Part shown: positions 39,417 to 48,276 of the stretch, one piece after another
Numbering within the stretch: the first letter of the stretch is position 1
Layout: each line of letters starts with the position of its first letter
Assembly (NCBI GenBank): GCA_030550585.1
Contig: JAUQPB010000002.1
Coordinates: forward strand, 192,001-256,000
Origin: Thermoproteota archaeon
GTDB taxonomy: Archaea; Thermoproteota; Thermoprotei_A; Sulfolobales; Ignisphaeraceae
Direction: 5' to 3'
Length of the DNA stretch: 64,000 bases
Notes under the pieces: generated by a model
Told to the model about the DNA's origin: nothing
The model's database searches: none
What the model saw: the letters and a program-made list of their open reading frames with translations, nothing else
Program-made: the position numbers and the translations under genes

Positions 39417-40439
39417 ATGCCACTAGCTATAGTTGTTGGTGGCTTCTTTGGCGATGAGGGCAAGGGCAAGGTGGCAGCATATCTTGCACTAGCTGATAAC
39501 CCGTCTATTGCTGTTAGGTGTGGCTCTATAAATGCTGGTCATACAGTTGTCTATGGCGGTAGAACATGGAAGCTTAGACTCGTTCCATCGTTTTTTGTCA
39601 ACAGAAATGTGAGGCTTATGATTGCGGCAGGGGCTTTGATAAGACTCGACGTGTTCTTTAGTGAGGTTGAGGAGACTGGTGTTAGGGACAGGATATTTGT
39701 TGACAGAAATGCTGGTGTTATTGAGGATAGGCATGTTGAGGCTGAGAAGAGGGATGCTTTTTTAGTCAAAGACGTTGGCTCAACATTGCAGGGAGTAGGA
39801 TTTGCGATGTCTGACAGGGTTTTGAGGAGGCTTAGGCTTGCCAAAGATTTTGATGTGTTAAGAGATTATCTTGTAGATGTATCGCTGGAGGTTAATAGCG
39901 CTATCGATAGAGGGGAGATTGTCTATATAGAGGGTGTTCAAGGAACCTTTCTAAGCCTGTATCACGGCACATACCCATATGTTACAAGTAGAGATACAAC
40001 AGCATCAGCCTTTGCTTCAGAGGTTGGTGTCGGTCCTAAGAAGGTTGACGAGGTTATAGTTGTTTTCAAATCATATGTCACAAGAGTTGGTGGAGGCCCT
40101 CTAGAGGGTGAGCTCCCACCCGAGGAGGCTGAGAGGCTTGGACTAGTTGAAGTAGCTACTGTTACCGGTAGAAGAAGAAGGGTAGCGCTATTCAATGTAG
40201 AGCTTGCTAAGAGAGCAATAATGCTGAATTCCGCAACCCAAGTGGCTATAACTAGACTCGACGCCCTCTATCCAAACGATAAGTGTGTTAGAGAGTGGGG
40301 CAAACTATCAAAAGAAGCTAGAAACTGGGTAGAAAACATAGAGAGTTCTCTAAAAACTCCAATAACAATTATTGGCACAGGAGAAGATGCTTTATGCACA
40401 ATCGATAGACGAAAAGAGCTTGGATTGGGGTGGAGATAA
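39417..40439 (+). CDS. purA: Adenylosuccinate synthetase (short archaeal form)
   Basis: GGFFGDEGKGK, NAGHTV, EGVQG, GTYPYVTS, YVTRVGGGP and TVTGRRRR. Confidence 0.96.
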   Translation: MPLAIVVGGFFGDEGKGKVAAYLALADNPSIAVRCGSINAGHTVVYGGRTWKLRLVPSFFVNRNVRLMIAAGALIRLDVFFSEVEETGVRDRIFVDRNAGVIEDRHVEAEKRDAFLVKDVGSTLQGVGFAMSDRVLRRLRLAKDFDVLRDYLVDVSLEVNSAIDRGEIVYIEGVQGTFLSLYHGTYPYVTSRDTTASAFASEVGVGPKKVDEVIVVFKSYVTRVGGGPLEGELPPEEAERLGLVEVATVTGRRRRVALFNVELAKRAIMLNSATQVAITRLDALYPNDKCVREWGKLSKEARNWVENIESSLKTPITIIGTGEDALCTIDRRKELGLGWR

Positions 40440-41866
40440 TGGAGAAGCAATACGATGTTGCAATAATTGGTGGGGGTGTAGCAGGGCTTTTTGCAGCATA
40501 TGAGCTTTCAACCCATGGATTTGGAAAGCTGAGGGTGGCCATCGTTGAGATGGGTAGCGAAAATCCGTTTAGAACATGTCCAATGCTCAACCTAAAGAAG
40601 CTTGCAAGAGATAAGGAATGTGCTCTGTGCAAACCGTGCAATGTTATGTCAGGTGTTGGAGGGGCTATAACATTTAGTAGTGGAACCATGAATCTTAGAC
40701 CAGATGTTGGAGGGGATCTGGACAAGCTCCTCGGCAGCTGGGAAGAGGCTGAGAAGCTGATACAATATGTTGACAGCGTGCTGGTAAAGTTTGGTGCTCC
40801 AGATAACCTATATGCGATTGACTATGAGCAGACCTCGGAGCTCGAGAGACTAGCTGCAAAAGCCGGTGCAAAGTTTGTTCCAACGCCTCAGAGGCTCATA
40901 GGCTCTGAGAACATGCCCAAGGTCATAGCAAACATGGTTGACTATTTGAAGAGCAGGGGTGTGGAGATACATGGGCATACAGAGGTTACAGACATCGAGC
41001 ATGCAGAGAATAGGATAAGGCTTAAAACAACAAAGCTAGACATAGTATCTAGATATGTTATTATAGCACCTGGAAGAATTGGGGCTGAATGGTTTTCCCA
41101 ACTAGCAAAGAGAAGGGGTATAGATGTTGAGCCCGGCCCACTGGACATTGGTGTAAGGGTCGAGGTTCCAGCATATGTCACTGAGCCTATAACAAAGCTT
41201 GTCAGAGATCCGAAGATAATAATGTATACGAAGAGCTATGACGATAAAGCAAGAACATTTTGCACAAATCCAAATGGGCTTGTTGTTGAGGAGAGGTATC
41301 CAGACGACTCGGTTGGTGTGAATGGAGAGAGTTTTGCAACAATAAAAAGCAAGAACACGAACTTTGCGTTGCTAATAACAGTTAGGCTCACAGACCCCTT
41401 TGAAGATACCATAGCATATGGGAAAAGCATAGCCAGACTGGCGACAAAGCTTGGCGGTGGGAGACCAATCATCCAGAGGTTTGGCGATTTAGAGGCTGGG
41501 AGAAGGAGTACATGGTCAAGAATAGAAAGGAGTGTTGTAGATCCGACACTAAAATCTGTAACGCCGGGAGACATAGCCATGGCCTACCCCTACAGAGTAG
41601 TTGTCAATATAATAGAGGCTCTAAAGAGGTTAGACATAATAATGCCTGGAATAGCATCGCCACAAACACTCCTATACGCACCAGAAATAAAATTCTACAG
41701 CACGAGAGCCAGAGTCAGCAGAGAACTTGAAACAAACTTGAAGAACGTCTTTGTTGCTGGGGATGGGGTAGGGCTCTCAAGAGGTATGAACGTAGCAGCT
41801 GCAACAGGAGTAATAGCCGCCAGATCCATACTAAAGAGAGAGGGTATCGAGTTTGAAGACGGCTAG
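40439..41866 (+). CDS. FAD-dependent oxidoreductase (COG2509-like) with Cys cluster
   Basis: IIGGGVAG, CP...CALCKPC, GVGGA, DIGVRVE, RTFCTNP, YAPEIKFY and AGDGVG. Confidence 0.88.
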   Translation: MEKQYDVAIIGGGVAGLFAAYELSTHGFGKLRVAIVEMGSENPFRTCPMLNLKKLARDKECALCKPCNVMSGVGGAITFSSGTMNLRPDVGGDLDKLLGSWEEAEKLIQYVDSVLVKFGAPDNLYAIDYEQTSELERLAAKAGAKFVPTPQRLIGSENMPKVIANMVDYLKSRGVEIHGHTEVTDIEHAENRIRLKTTKLDIVSRYVIIAPGRIGAEWFSQLAKRRGIDVEPGPLDIGVRVEVPAYVTEPITKLVRDPKIIMYTKSYDDKARTFCTNPNGLVVEERYPDDSVGVNGESFATIKSKNTNFALLITVRLTDPFEDTIAYGKSIARLATKLGGGRPIIQRFGDLEAGRRSTWSRIERSVVDPTLKSVTPGDIAMAYPYRVVVNIIEALKRLDIIMPGIASPQTLLYAPEIKFYSTRARVSRELETNLKNVFVAGDGVGLSRGMNVAAATGVIAARSILKREGIEFEDG

Positions 41867-41905
41867 AAATAAGAACAATGATGGCCGACTATATTAAGGT
41901 AGCGT

Positions 41906-41959
41906 CTATGATGATGGGCCTAAGCACTGATACTATGATGATAATTGCACGTGCTGATT
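41906..41959 (+). ncRNA. Box C/D guide sRNA
   Basis: ATGATGA(C,41908)-TGGGCCTAAGCA-CTGA(D')-TACT-ATGATGA(C')-TAATTGCACGTG-CTGA(D,41954-57): perfect boxes and 12-nt guides, intergenic. Confidence 0.92.
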
Positions 41960-41963
41960 AGAG

Positions 41964-42848
41964 CTATTTCCTCTCTTCTGTACTGGGCTCTATATGAACT
42001 GTGGCCTCCCAGCCAAGCCTCTCCCTAATCCTCTTTTCTATTTCAGTTGCTATCTCATGAGCCTTGTCCAGACTCATGTTTGGGTCTAATCTTATGTGGA
42101 GAGTTACCTCAGTATGCACGCCATATCTATGCACATGTATGTGATGCAGATCCTTGGCCTGCGGACTTACCTCGCTAACTATCTTTTCAAGCTCCTTAAT
42201 CTCTTCAACCGTCGGTGCCTTTCCAAGTAATTCGCTACCTGATTCGATAACAAGTTTTACTGCAACAGCTATTATCATTATCGAGACTATAATTCCGAGA
42301 ACACCGTCAAGCCACCATAACATCGCACCGAATAATATTGCTACGGCTAGAAGTGCTGATGCTATGGCATCGCTTCTGTGATGCCAGGCATCAGCAATAA
42401 TGGAAGATGCATTATATTTTTTACCTAGCCTTATAGCCCAAATCGCTAAAAGTTCTTTAGCTATAGCCGACGATGCCAGGACTATAACGAGTATCCAGCT
42501 GAAAATGAGGCCTTCTCTTGATAGAAGTTTGTTAAAGCTTCTCTGTATAAAGTCTATACCAACCATTATAAGCATCGCTCCAATAACAGTTGCTGCAATG
42601 GGCTCTGCTCTCCCATGTCCGAATGGATGCTCTTTGTCAGCTGGTTTATATCCTATCCAAAATCCTAGTATAACAACAACTGAGGTTAGAGAGTCTGATA
42701 GTGTGTGGATAGAGTCTGCTATAACAGCTATTGAGTTGAATGTAACACCATAGTAAAACTTTACTATAAAAAGCAGGGTGTTTACAATTATCGAGACTAG
42801 ACCCTCTAAATACCCTGCATATTTTCTCTCATCTCCTTTACTATACAT
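41964..42848 (-). CDS. Cation diffusion facilitator family transporter
   Basis: ADSIHTLSD, PADKEHPFGHGRAE, ADAWHHRSD and VHIEP. Confidence 0.94.
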   Translation of the reverse strand: MYSKGDERKYAGYLEGLVSIIVNTLLFIVKFYYGVTFNSIAVIADSIHTLSDSLTSVVVILGFWIGYKPADKEHPFGHGRAEPIAATVIGAMLIMVGIDFIQRSFNKLLSREGLIFSWILVIVLASSAIAKELLAIWAIRLGKKYNASSIIADAWHHRSDAIASALLAVAILFGAMLWWLDGVLGIIVSIMIIAVAVKLVIESGSELLGKAPTVEEIKELEKIVSEVSPQAKDLHHIHVHRYGVHTEVTLHIRLDPNMSLDKAHEIATEIEKRIRERLGWEATVHIEPSTEERK

Positions 42849-43005
42849 GGCTATTCAGCAACATGTTAGAGGATCAATAGGTTTTTAAATAATTACAGGA
42901 TTAGACTAGTCAAAACTATTGGGCTGTTTTTGTAGAGGATACTGTTTTTAGATGTAAGCTTATATTTCTTTGGAGAAGAATATTCTGATGCTATGGTGTC
43001 TACTT

Positions 43006-44337
43006 ATGCTAAACGTTGATGAGATTAGAAAGGATTTTCCAATACTGAATAGACTGATTCATGAGAGAAAGCTTGTCTACTTCGATAATGCAGCCTCCAC
43101 GTTGAAGCCTGTCCAGGTTATAGATGCAATAGCAAATTTCTATAAGAATCACTATGCAAATGTTCATAGAGGCTTTCACACTCTTAGCCAAGAAGCTAGC
43201 CAAATGTATGAACAGGCGCATGAAACGCTGGCTAGGTTTATAAACGCTTATTCATGGGATGAGATAATATTTGTAAATAACACTACAGAAGGTCTAAACC
43301 TAGTCGCATATTCTTGGGGGCTTCACAATATCAGCGAAGGGGATGAAATAGTTCTAACTGTTATGGATCACCACAGCTCCATGTTGCCATGGAGACACAT
43401 AGCCAAGATGAGAAATGCAAAGGTAAAGTATGTGAACGTTACGCCTGATGGCTACCTAGACTACAGCCACCTAGATGAGATAATTACTGAGAAGACAAAG
43501 GTCGTTGCATTTCCCATTGCAAGCAACGTTCTTGGGACGATAAACGATGTTAGCAGAATAGTTAAGAGGGCTAAAGAGGTTGGGGCACTCGTGGTTGCCG
43601 ATGGTGCTCAAAGCGTTCCACATATTCCAACAAATGTTAGAGAGCTTGGAGTAGACTTCCTGGCATTTAGTGGCCATAAGATGCTTGGCCCCACAGGTAG
43701 CGGGGTTCTGTGGGGCAGGAAAGATTTGCTCCAAGAGCTAAAACCGTTCAAGGTTGGTGGAGACACTATAAGAGATGTGACATTAGATGACGTTGTATGG
43801 CTTGACCCGCCGTGGAGATTCGAAGCAGGTACACCAAATATAGAAGCGGCGATAGGGCTTGCAACAGCGGCTGAATATCTAATGAGAATTGGTATGGAGA
43901 ATGTTAGGAGACATGAGATCGAACTAGTTGAACACACACTAAAGTTGTTTTCTGAGACTTTTGGAGATGAGATAAGGTATTATGGCCCTAGAAACCCACA
44001 GCATAAAACAAGTGTTGTGGCATTCAATGTTAGGAATCTTCATTTCCACATAGTTGCGCAAGCACTAGACTACTTTGGTATTGCTGTTAGGTCGGGTATG
44101 CACTGTGCCCACCCACTTCACTATGCTCTTAGAATAAGTCATGAGGATCCCCCGCCAACATCAATACCTAGTAGTGTTGATGAGAGGCTCAAGAGATTTG
44201 GTAGCGTGAGGGCAAGTTTCTACATATACAACACTAAGGAGGAGGTAGAATACTTCGTAGGAACGCTGTCAATGATAATATCGTTGAGAGAGCAGCTGAA
44301 GACAAAGCCTGTAGAGGCTGTTTGTACAGGAACGTAA
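43006..44337 (+). CDS. sufS: SufS-type cysteine desulfurase
   Basis: YFDNAAST, ANVHRG, DGAQSVPH, FSGHKMLGPTG, FEAGTP, RSGMHCA and VRASFY. Confidence 0.93.
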   Translation: MLNVDEIRKDFPILNRLIHERKLVYFDNAASTLKPVQVIDAIANFYKNHYANVHRGFHTLSQEASQMYEQAHETLARFINAYSWDEIIFVNNTTEGLNLVAYSWGLHNISEGDEIVLTVMDHHSSMLPWRHIAKMRNAKVKYVNVTPDGYLDYSHLDEIITEKTKVVAFPIASNVLGTINDVSRIVKRAKEVGALVVADGAQSVPHIPTNVRELGVDFLAFSGHKMLGPTGSGVLWGRKDLLQELKPFKVGGDTIRDVTLDDVVWLDPPWRFEAGTPNIEAAIGLATAAEYLMRIGMENVRRHEIELVEHTLKLFSETFGDEIRYYGPRNPQHKTSVVAFNVRNLHFHIVAQALDYFGIAVRSGMHCAHPLHYALRISHEDPPPTSIPSSVDERLKRFGSVRASFYIYNTKEEVEYFVGTLSMIISLREQLKTKPVEAVCTGT

Positions 44338-44341
44338 AGGG

Positions 44342-45052
44342 TTATATCCTGTTTTTCCTAAGAACCTCCACCCTATCGGGATACCCAACAATAACCTCGT
44401 CAGCCATATCCACAAATAGGCCTGTTTCAACAACTCCTGGAATGCTCTTTAGAGTTTGTGCGAGCTCTCTAGCATTGAATTCTTGAGAAGGTCTAACATC
44501 GATTATAACACCTCTTGTATCTGAAATGACATAGCCGTACTTCCCACTTTTCGCAAATCTTATCGTTGCTTCAAAACCCATCTCCCTAAGTCTCTTATAG
44601 ACAATGTTGAGGGCCTCGGGCAGAACCTCTACTGGTATTGCATGCTTTTCTCCAAGTCTATTCACAAGCTTTGTATAATCAACCATGTAGATTCTGTAGT
44701 TGGATGCATATGCAATTATCTTCTCTAGTGTTGATGCCCCTCCACCACCTTTAATCATATTCAATTCTCTGTCAACCTCATCAGCTCCATCAATATAGAC
44801 GTCAACCCCGTCAACAGTACTTAGTTGCATAACATTAAAGCCGCTTTCTGCAAGCCTTTGTGCTGTGTAGAGAGAGGCACATACAAACTTTGCATCTACA
44901 AGCTCTCGCCTCTTCACTAAAAGATCTAGAAATATGTCTACAGTAGACCCAGTTCCAACACCCAGTATCCTAGGCCTCAAATTTAATATCCTCTTCACGG
45001 CCTCTTCAGCCGCTTTATACTTGGCAACATCAATAGAGCTGGTCATGGGCAT
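44342..45052 (-). CDS. rpiA: Ribose-5-phosphate isomerase A
   Basis: GVGTGST, DGADEVD, IKGGGGA..LEK and PGVVETGLF. Confidence 0.95.
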   Translation of the reverse strand: MPMTSSIDVAKYKAAEEAVKRILNLRPRILGVGTGSTVDIFLDLLVKRRELVDAKFVCASLYTAQRLAESGFNVMQLSTVDGVDVYIDGADEVDRELNMIKGGGGASTLEKIIAYASNYRIYMVDYTKLVNRLGEKHAIPVEVLPEALNIVYKRLREMGFEATIRFAKSGKYGYVISDTRGVIIDVRPSQEFNARELAQTLKSIPGVVETGLFVDMADEVIVGYPDRVEVLRKNRI

Positions 45053-45656
45053 CGCCTAACAGTATATAAAATTGTTTTAGATCTTTAGGTGTATTCAAAT
45101 TGAACAGCTCTTTAGAGGGATCCATAAAAATTTTGTTGACGTCTATATATAGGATGTTTGCCAATCGACTAGAATTATCTAAGCATTTGGCTATGCTAAG
45201 CTCATCTCTATGGAAACACTGTTCCAATAAACCCAAAAGACTGTTTCTGTAAATAGCGAAAAGAGGTTCCTTATATCCTGTTGACCCCCATTTTGGTATA
45301 CACGCATCTACATCATCTGGACACATAGAGACCATTCTTTCAATGCTACTCACATCAACCAAAGGCATGTCACATCCAACAATAAAGACATTGCTAAACA
45401 TATTAAGAGCTTGGTACACAGCTGGTAGAGGCCCTGCCAAATAATTGTCGATTATAACCTTCAATCCTAGGCTGTGGACCTCTTCAGCATCATTCATTGA
45501 GACAATAGCATATGCATCCACAAAAAATCTTGTTTTCAAAACCTTGCTATATATGTAAAGGATCATGGGTTTGCCAAGAATTGGATAAAGACATTTGTTA
45601 ATGCCAAACCCAAACCGCGATGATTTTCCACCTGCAAGAACAGCTGCAACCAACAA
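45030..45656 (-). CDS. mobA: Molybdenum cofactor guanylyltransferase
   Basis: LAGGKSSRFG, GPL, GCDMP, EPLFAIY and FNLNTPKDL. Confidence 0.88.
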   Translation of the reverse strand: MLVAAVLAGGKSSRFGFGINKCLYPILGKPMILYIYSKVLKTRFFVDAYAIVSMNDAEEVHSLGLKVIIDNYLAGPLPAVYQALNMFSNVFIVGCDMPLVDVSSIERMVSMCPDDVDACIPKWGSTGYKEPLFAIYRNSLLGLLEQCFHRDELSIAKCLDNSSRLANILYIDVNKIFMDPSKELFNLNTPKDLKQFYILLGDAHDQLY

Positions 45657-45661
45657 CTTGT

Positions 45662-45970
45662 TTACACTACTCCATGTTTTTCGAAACCCCTTTGGAGATC
45701 ATTTCTAATACTTCTATATATAATGTGTCCAAAGATCATCACTATAAGTGCAAGAATTAGTGCTACTATAATTAGCAGAACAGCTTGCGATCCCACACCA
45801 AAACATATTGGTATAAAGAATAGTAGAATGCAACCACCTCCACCAATCTCGACACCACCCATACCTGTAGCAGGGTTCAGGAGATAGATGATTAATGGAA
45901 GGAGAGCGGCAATGAACAGTAGGATAAACCCCGCTATAATTAAGATTATTCCAGCTTTATACAAATCCAT
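45662..45970 (-). CDS. DUF131-like membrane protein
   Basis: GGGCILLFFIPICFG motif between TM helices. Confidence 0.75.
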   Translation of the reverse strand: MDLYKAGIILIIAGFILLFIAALLPLIIYLLNPATGMGGVEIGGGGCILLFFIPICFGVGSQAVLLIIVALILALIVMIFGHIIYRSIRNDLQRGFEKHGVV

Positions 45971-45980
45971 AGCCCCACCT

Positions 45981-46256
45981 CTAACTAGGTGCAAGAAGCC
46001 GGTTTAAGACTATAAAAGTAATGGCAACAACTATCGTTAGTACAATGGCTAGTATCACAAGGATTTTAGAAACCTCTTTGTTTGTCCCAAAAACAAAGGG
46101 TATTGGCCCAATAATGACGACAGCCCCACCTTCAACCCTCTTTTCTTCTTCTCTATACCCCTTTAAAGATTCTATGAAAATGAGTAGAAAGCCAAAGAGA
46201 ACTAGCGCCAATGCTGTAGTGAGCAACACCATAAATACTGTGAGTATAGCGTCCAT
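45981..46256 (-). CDS. DUF131 (TIGR00304) membrane protein
   Basis: EGGAVVIIGPIPFVFGT motif. Confidence 0.85.
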   Translation of the reverse strand: MDAILTVFMVLLTTALALVLFGFLLIFIESLKGYREEEKRVEGGAVVIIGPIPFVFGTNKEVSKILVILAIVLTIVVAITFIVLNRLLAPS

Positions 46257-46314
46257 ATCCAAAGCCCAGCATCATAAGACATTGTTGCCAGACTTAAAAC
46301 ATTTTCTGTTATGC

Positions 46315-46860
46315 CTAGCATTCACCGCTTTTAGAGCAGTTCAGGTATAGAAGGATTGCAGCTAGAGACTTTAAATCGGCTATGCCATTGCCGTTCAAAC
46401 TATTCAAATATTCTTGGGGAGTCATATAAACAACATTTATTATCTCCCCAGCCTCTGGCTGAGCACCAACAAATCTAAGCTTCTTAGCAACAAAAATTGT
46501 TTGAATCTCGTCGCTGTAGCCTGGAGATACAAAAGCTTTTGCAAGGGGTATGAGTTCCTCGGCTACGAACCCAGTCTCTTCTCTAAGCTCCCTCAAAGCA
46601 GCGTCTTTCAAATCTTCATTATTTTCAACTCTCCCAGCAGGAACTTCCAAAACCCAGGAGTTGACCGAGGCTCTCCACTGTTTGACAAAAACAATTCTGC
46701 CATCATCAAGAACAGGCACTATGACCACAGCTCTGCCAAACCTCACAAGATCTTTCTCAATAACGCTGTTCCTCCACTTGACAATCCTCCTATACAGAGC
46801 CACCCTCCTACCTTTGCACACAAACTCGTCGCGAAGTATAGTGGGCTCCTCGTCAAACAT
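46315..46860 (-). CDS. NUDIX hydrolase (ADP-ribose pyrophosphatase-like)
   Basis: LEVPAGRVENNEDLKDAALRELREETG Nudix box and SPGYSDE. Start set at ATG 46860. Confidence 0.92.
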   Translation of the reverse strand: MFDEEPTILRDEFVCKGRRVALYRRIVKWRNSVIEKDLVRFGRAVVIVPVLDDGRIVFVKQWRASVNSWVLEVPAGRVENNEDLKDAALRELREETGFVAEELIPLAKAFVSPGYSDEIQTIFVAKKLRFVGAQPEAGEIINVVYMTPQEYLNSLNGNGIADLKSLAAILLYLNCSKSGEC

Positions 46861-46935
46861 TTTTACAGCCCCAATGAATTCTAATGCAATGAGAGTGCAA
46901 TTAATGTATAAAAGATGTTTTGACCAATAAAAACT

Positions 46936-46990
46936 TTGATGATGAAAACCGGTTTCAGTTGATTGATGAGATGGAGTTACCCATCTGAAT
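46936..46990 (+). ncRNA. Possible box C/D sRNA (non-canonical D')
   Basis: ATGATGA-AAACCGGTTTCAG-TTGA-TTGATGA-GATGGAGTTACCCAT-CTGA in an intergenic region. Confidence 0.5.
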
Positions 46991-47092
46991 AAAAGCAACG
47001 AAGCAATTTCTAAAGAGATTAAATGTAATAAGAGCTGTAATGTTGTATAAGTTTATAACTCTCCCACAACAATAGTTTTTGGTGTGGTAGAA

Positions 47093-47998
47093 ATGGCGAG
47101 AATAGTACTCGGCTCAAATCTAAGCTGGGCTGTGAAAAGATGGCCAATGCCAGAGGATTGGAGCGAAATCGTGGCGAAGCTTGATATAAAATATGTGCAG
47201 TTTTCATTTGATCTCCTAGACCCGCGCTCTACACAAGATGCTGTAGACCATATGGCGGGGCTCATACTAGATGCTGTCAAGAGATATGGCATAGTTATAC
47301 ACTCGACATTCACAGGGCTCGCAGCATACTCATTCAACCTTCTATCACATCCAGACCCTGTTATGAGGATGGATGCCCTCGACTGGTATATGAAGGCAGT
47401 TGACTTTACAGCGAAGATAGGTGTAAAGGCTACGGGAGGGCACATAGCAGCGAAAAGTGTTAAGGACTACAACAACCCAGGCAGAAGAGCATACATAGAC
47501 TCAGCTCTCTATGATGCTGTAAAGGCTCTGAGAAGATATGCTCAGGCAAAGGGTTTGGAAATGATTCTCTGGGAGCCAATGCCAGTCCCAAGGGAGACTC
47601 CGTGGACAATGACCGAAACAGAAGAGGTTTTGAAGAAAGCCAACGAGGGCCCGGGAGCAGCTGTCAAGCTCAATATTGATGTCGGCCACCAATGTACTTT
47701 GCAAGGCGCAGAGGCAAGTCCATATGAATGGCTAAAAAGATTTGCACCACAGTCTCCGAGTATACACATACAGCAAACCGATGGAAAAGCCGATAGACAC
47801 TGGCCATTCACAGAAGAATACAACAAAATCGGAATTATAAAACCAGATAAATTGGTTGAGGCAATAGATCAGTCAGGAGCTAAAGAAGTATACCTCCTCC
47901 TAGAATATATACCACCATTCGAAGCGCCAGACGATGAAGTTCTAAAGAATCTGGAGACATCAATCAAATACTTAAAACAGTTCATACCAACGGCATAG
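47093..47998 (+). CDS. Sugar phosphate isomerase/epimerase, TIM barrel (AP_endonuc_2 family, EryC-like)
   Basis: LGSNLSWAVKRWP, WEPMP, DVGH and HIQQTDGKADRHWPF metal-binding motifs. Confidence 0.8.
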   Translation: MARIVLGSNLSWAVKRWPMPEDWSEIVAKLDIKYVQFSFDLLDPRSTQDAVDHMAGLILDAVKRYGIVIHSTFTGLAAYSFNLLSHPDPVMRMDALDWYMKAVDFTAKIGVKATGGHIAAKSVKDYNNPGRRAYIDSALYDAVKALRRYAQAKGLEMILWEPMPVPRETPWTMTETEEVLKKANEGPGAAVKLNIDVGHQCTLQGAEASPYEWLKRFAPQSPSIHIQQTDGKADRHWPFTEEYNKIGIIKPDKLVEAIDQSGAKEVYLLLEYIPPFEAPDDEVLKNLETSIKYLKQFIPTA

Positions 47999-48276
47999 AA
48001 ATGAAAGCAAACTTCACACATTTTTTATTCTAAATCAAAAATATTGAAAAGAGCTTTCATATCCATTCATCGCTGATTATCCGAATACATTATATTACTC
48101 TACAAAAATGGTTTTATTACTATTTCAGCTTTGTTTGTATTCTAGGTCAAGTCTTTTCTGGTTTTGTTTGTAGTATAGAAATAGAAGTGGATGATGCATT
48201 AACCTAGGTTTCGAATGTACTGAATCTCATCAAAGTTTAAATTTAGTAATCTTTTAATACTGCTATCGTGTTATAT

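Noticed and set aside
46861-46998. N-terminal extension of the NUDIX ORF
   Set aside because: Not NUDIX-like and covers intergenic regulatory/sRNA-like sequence.
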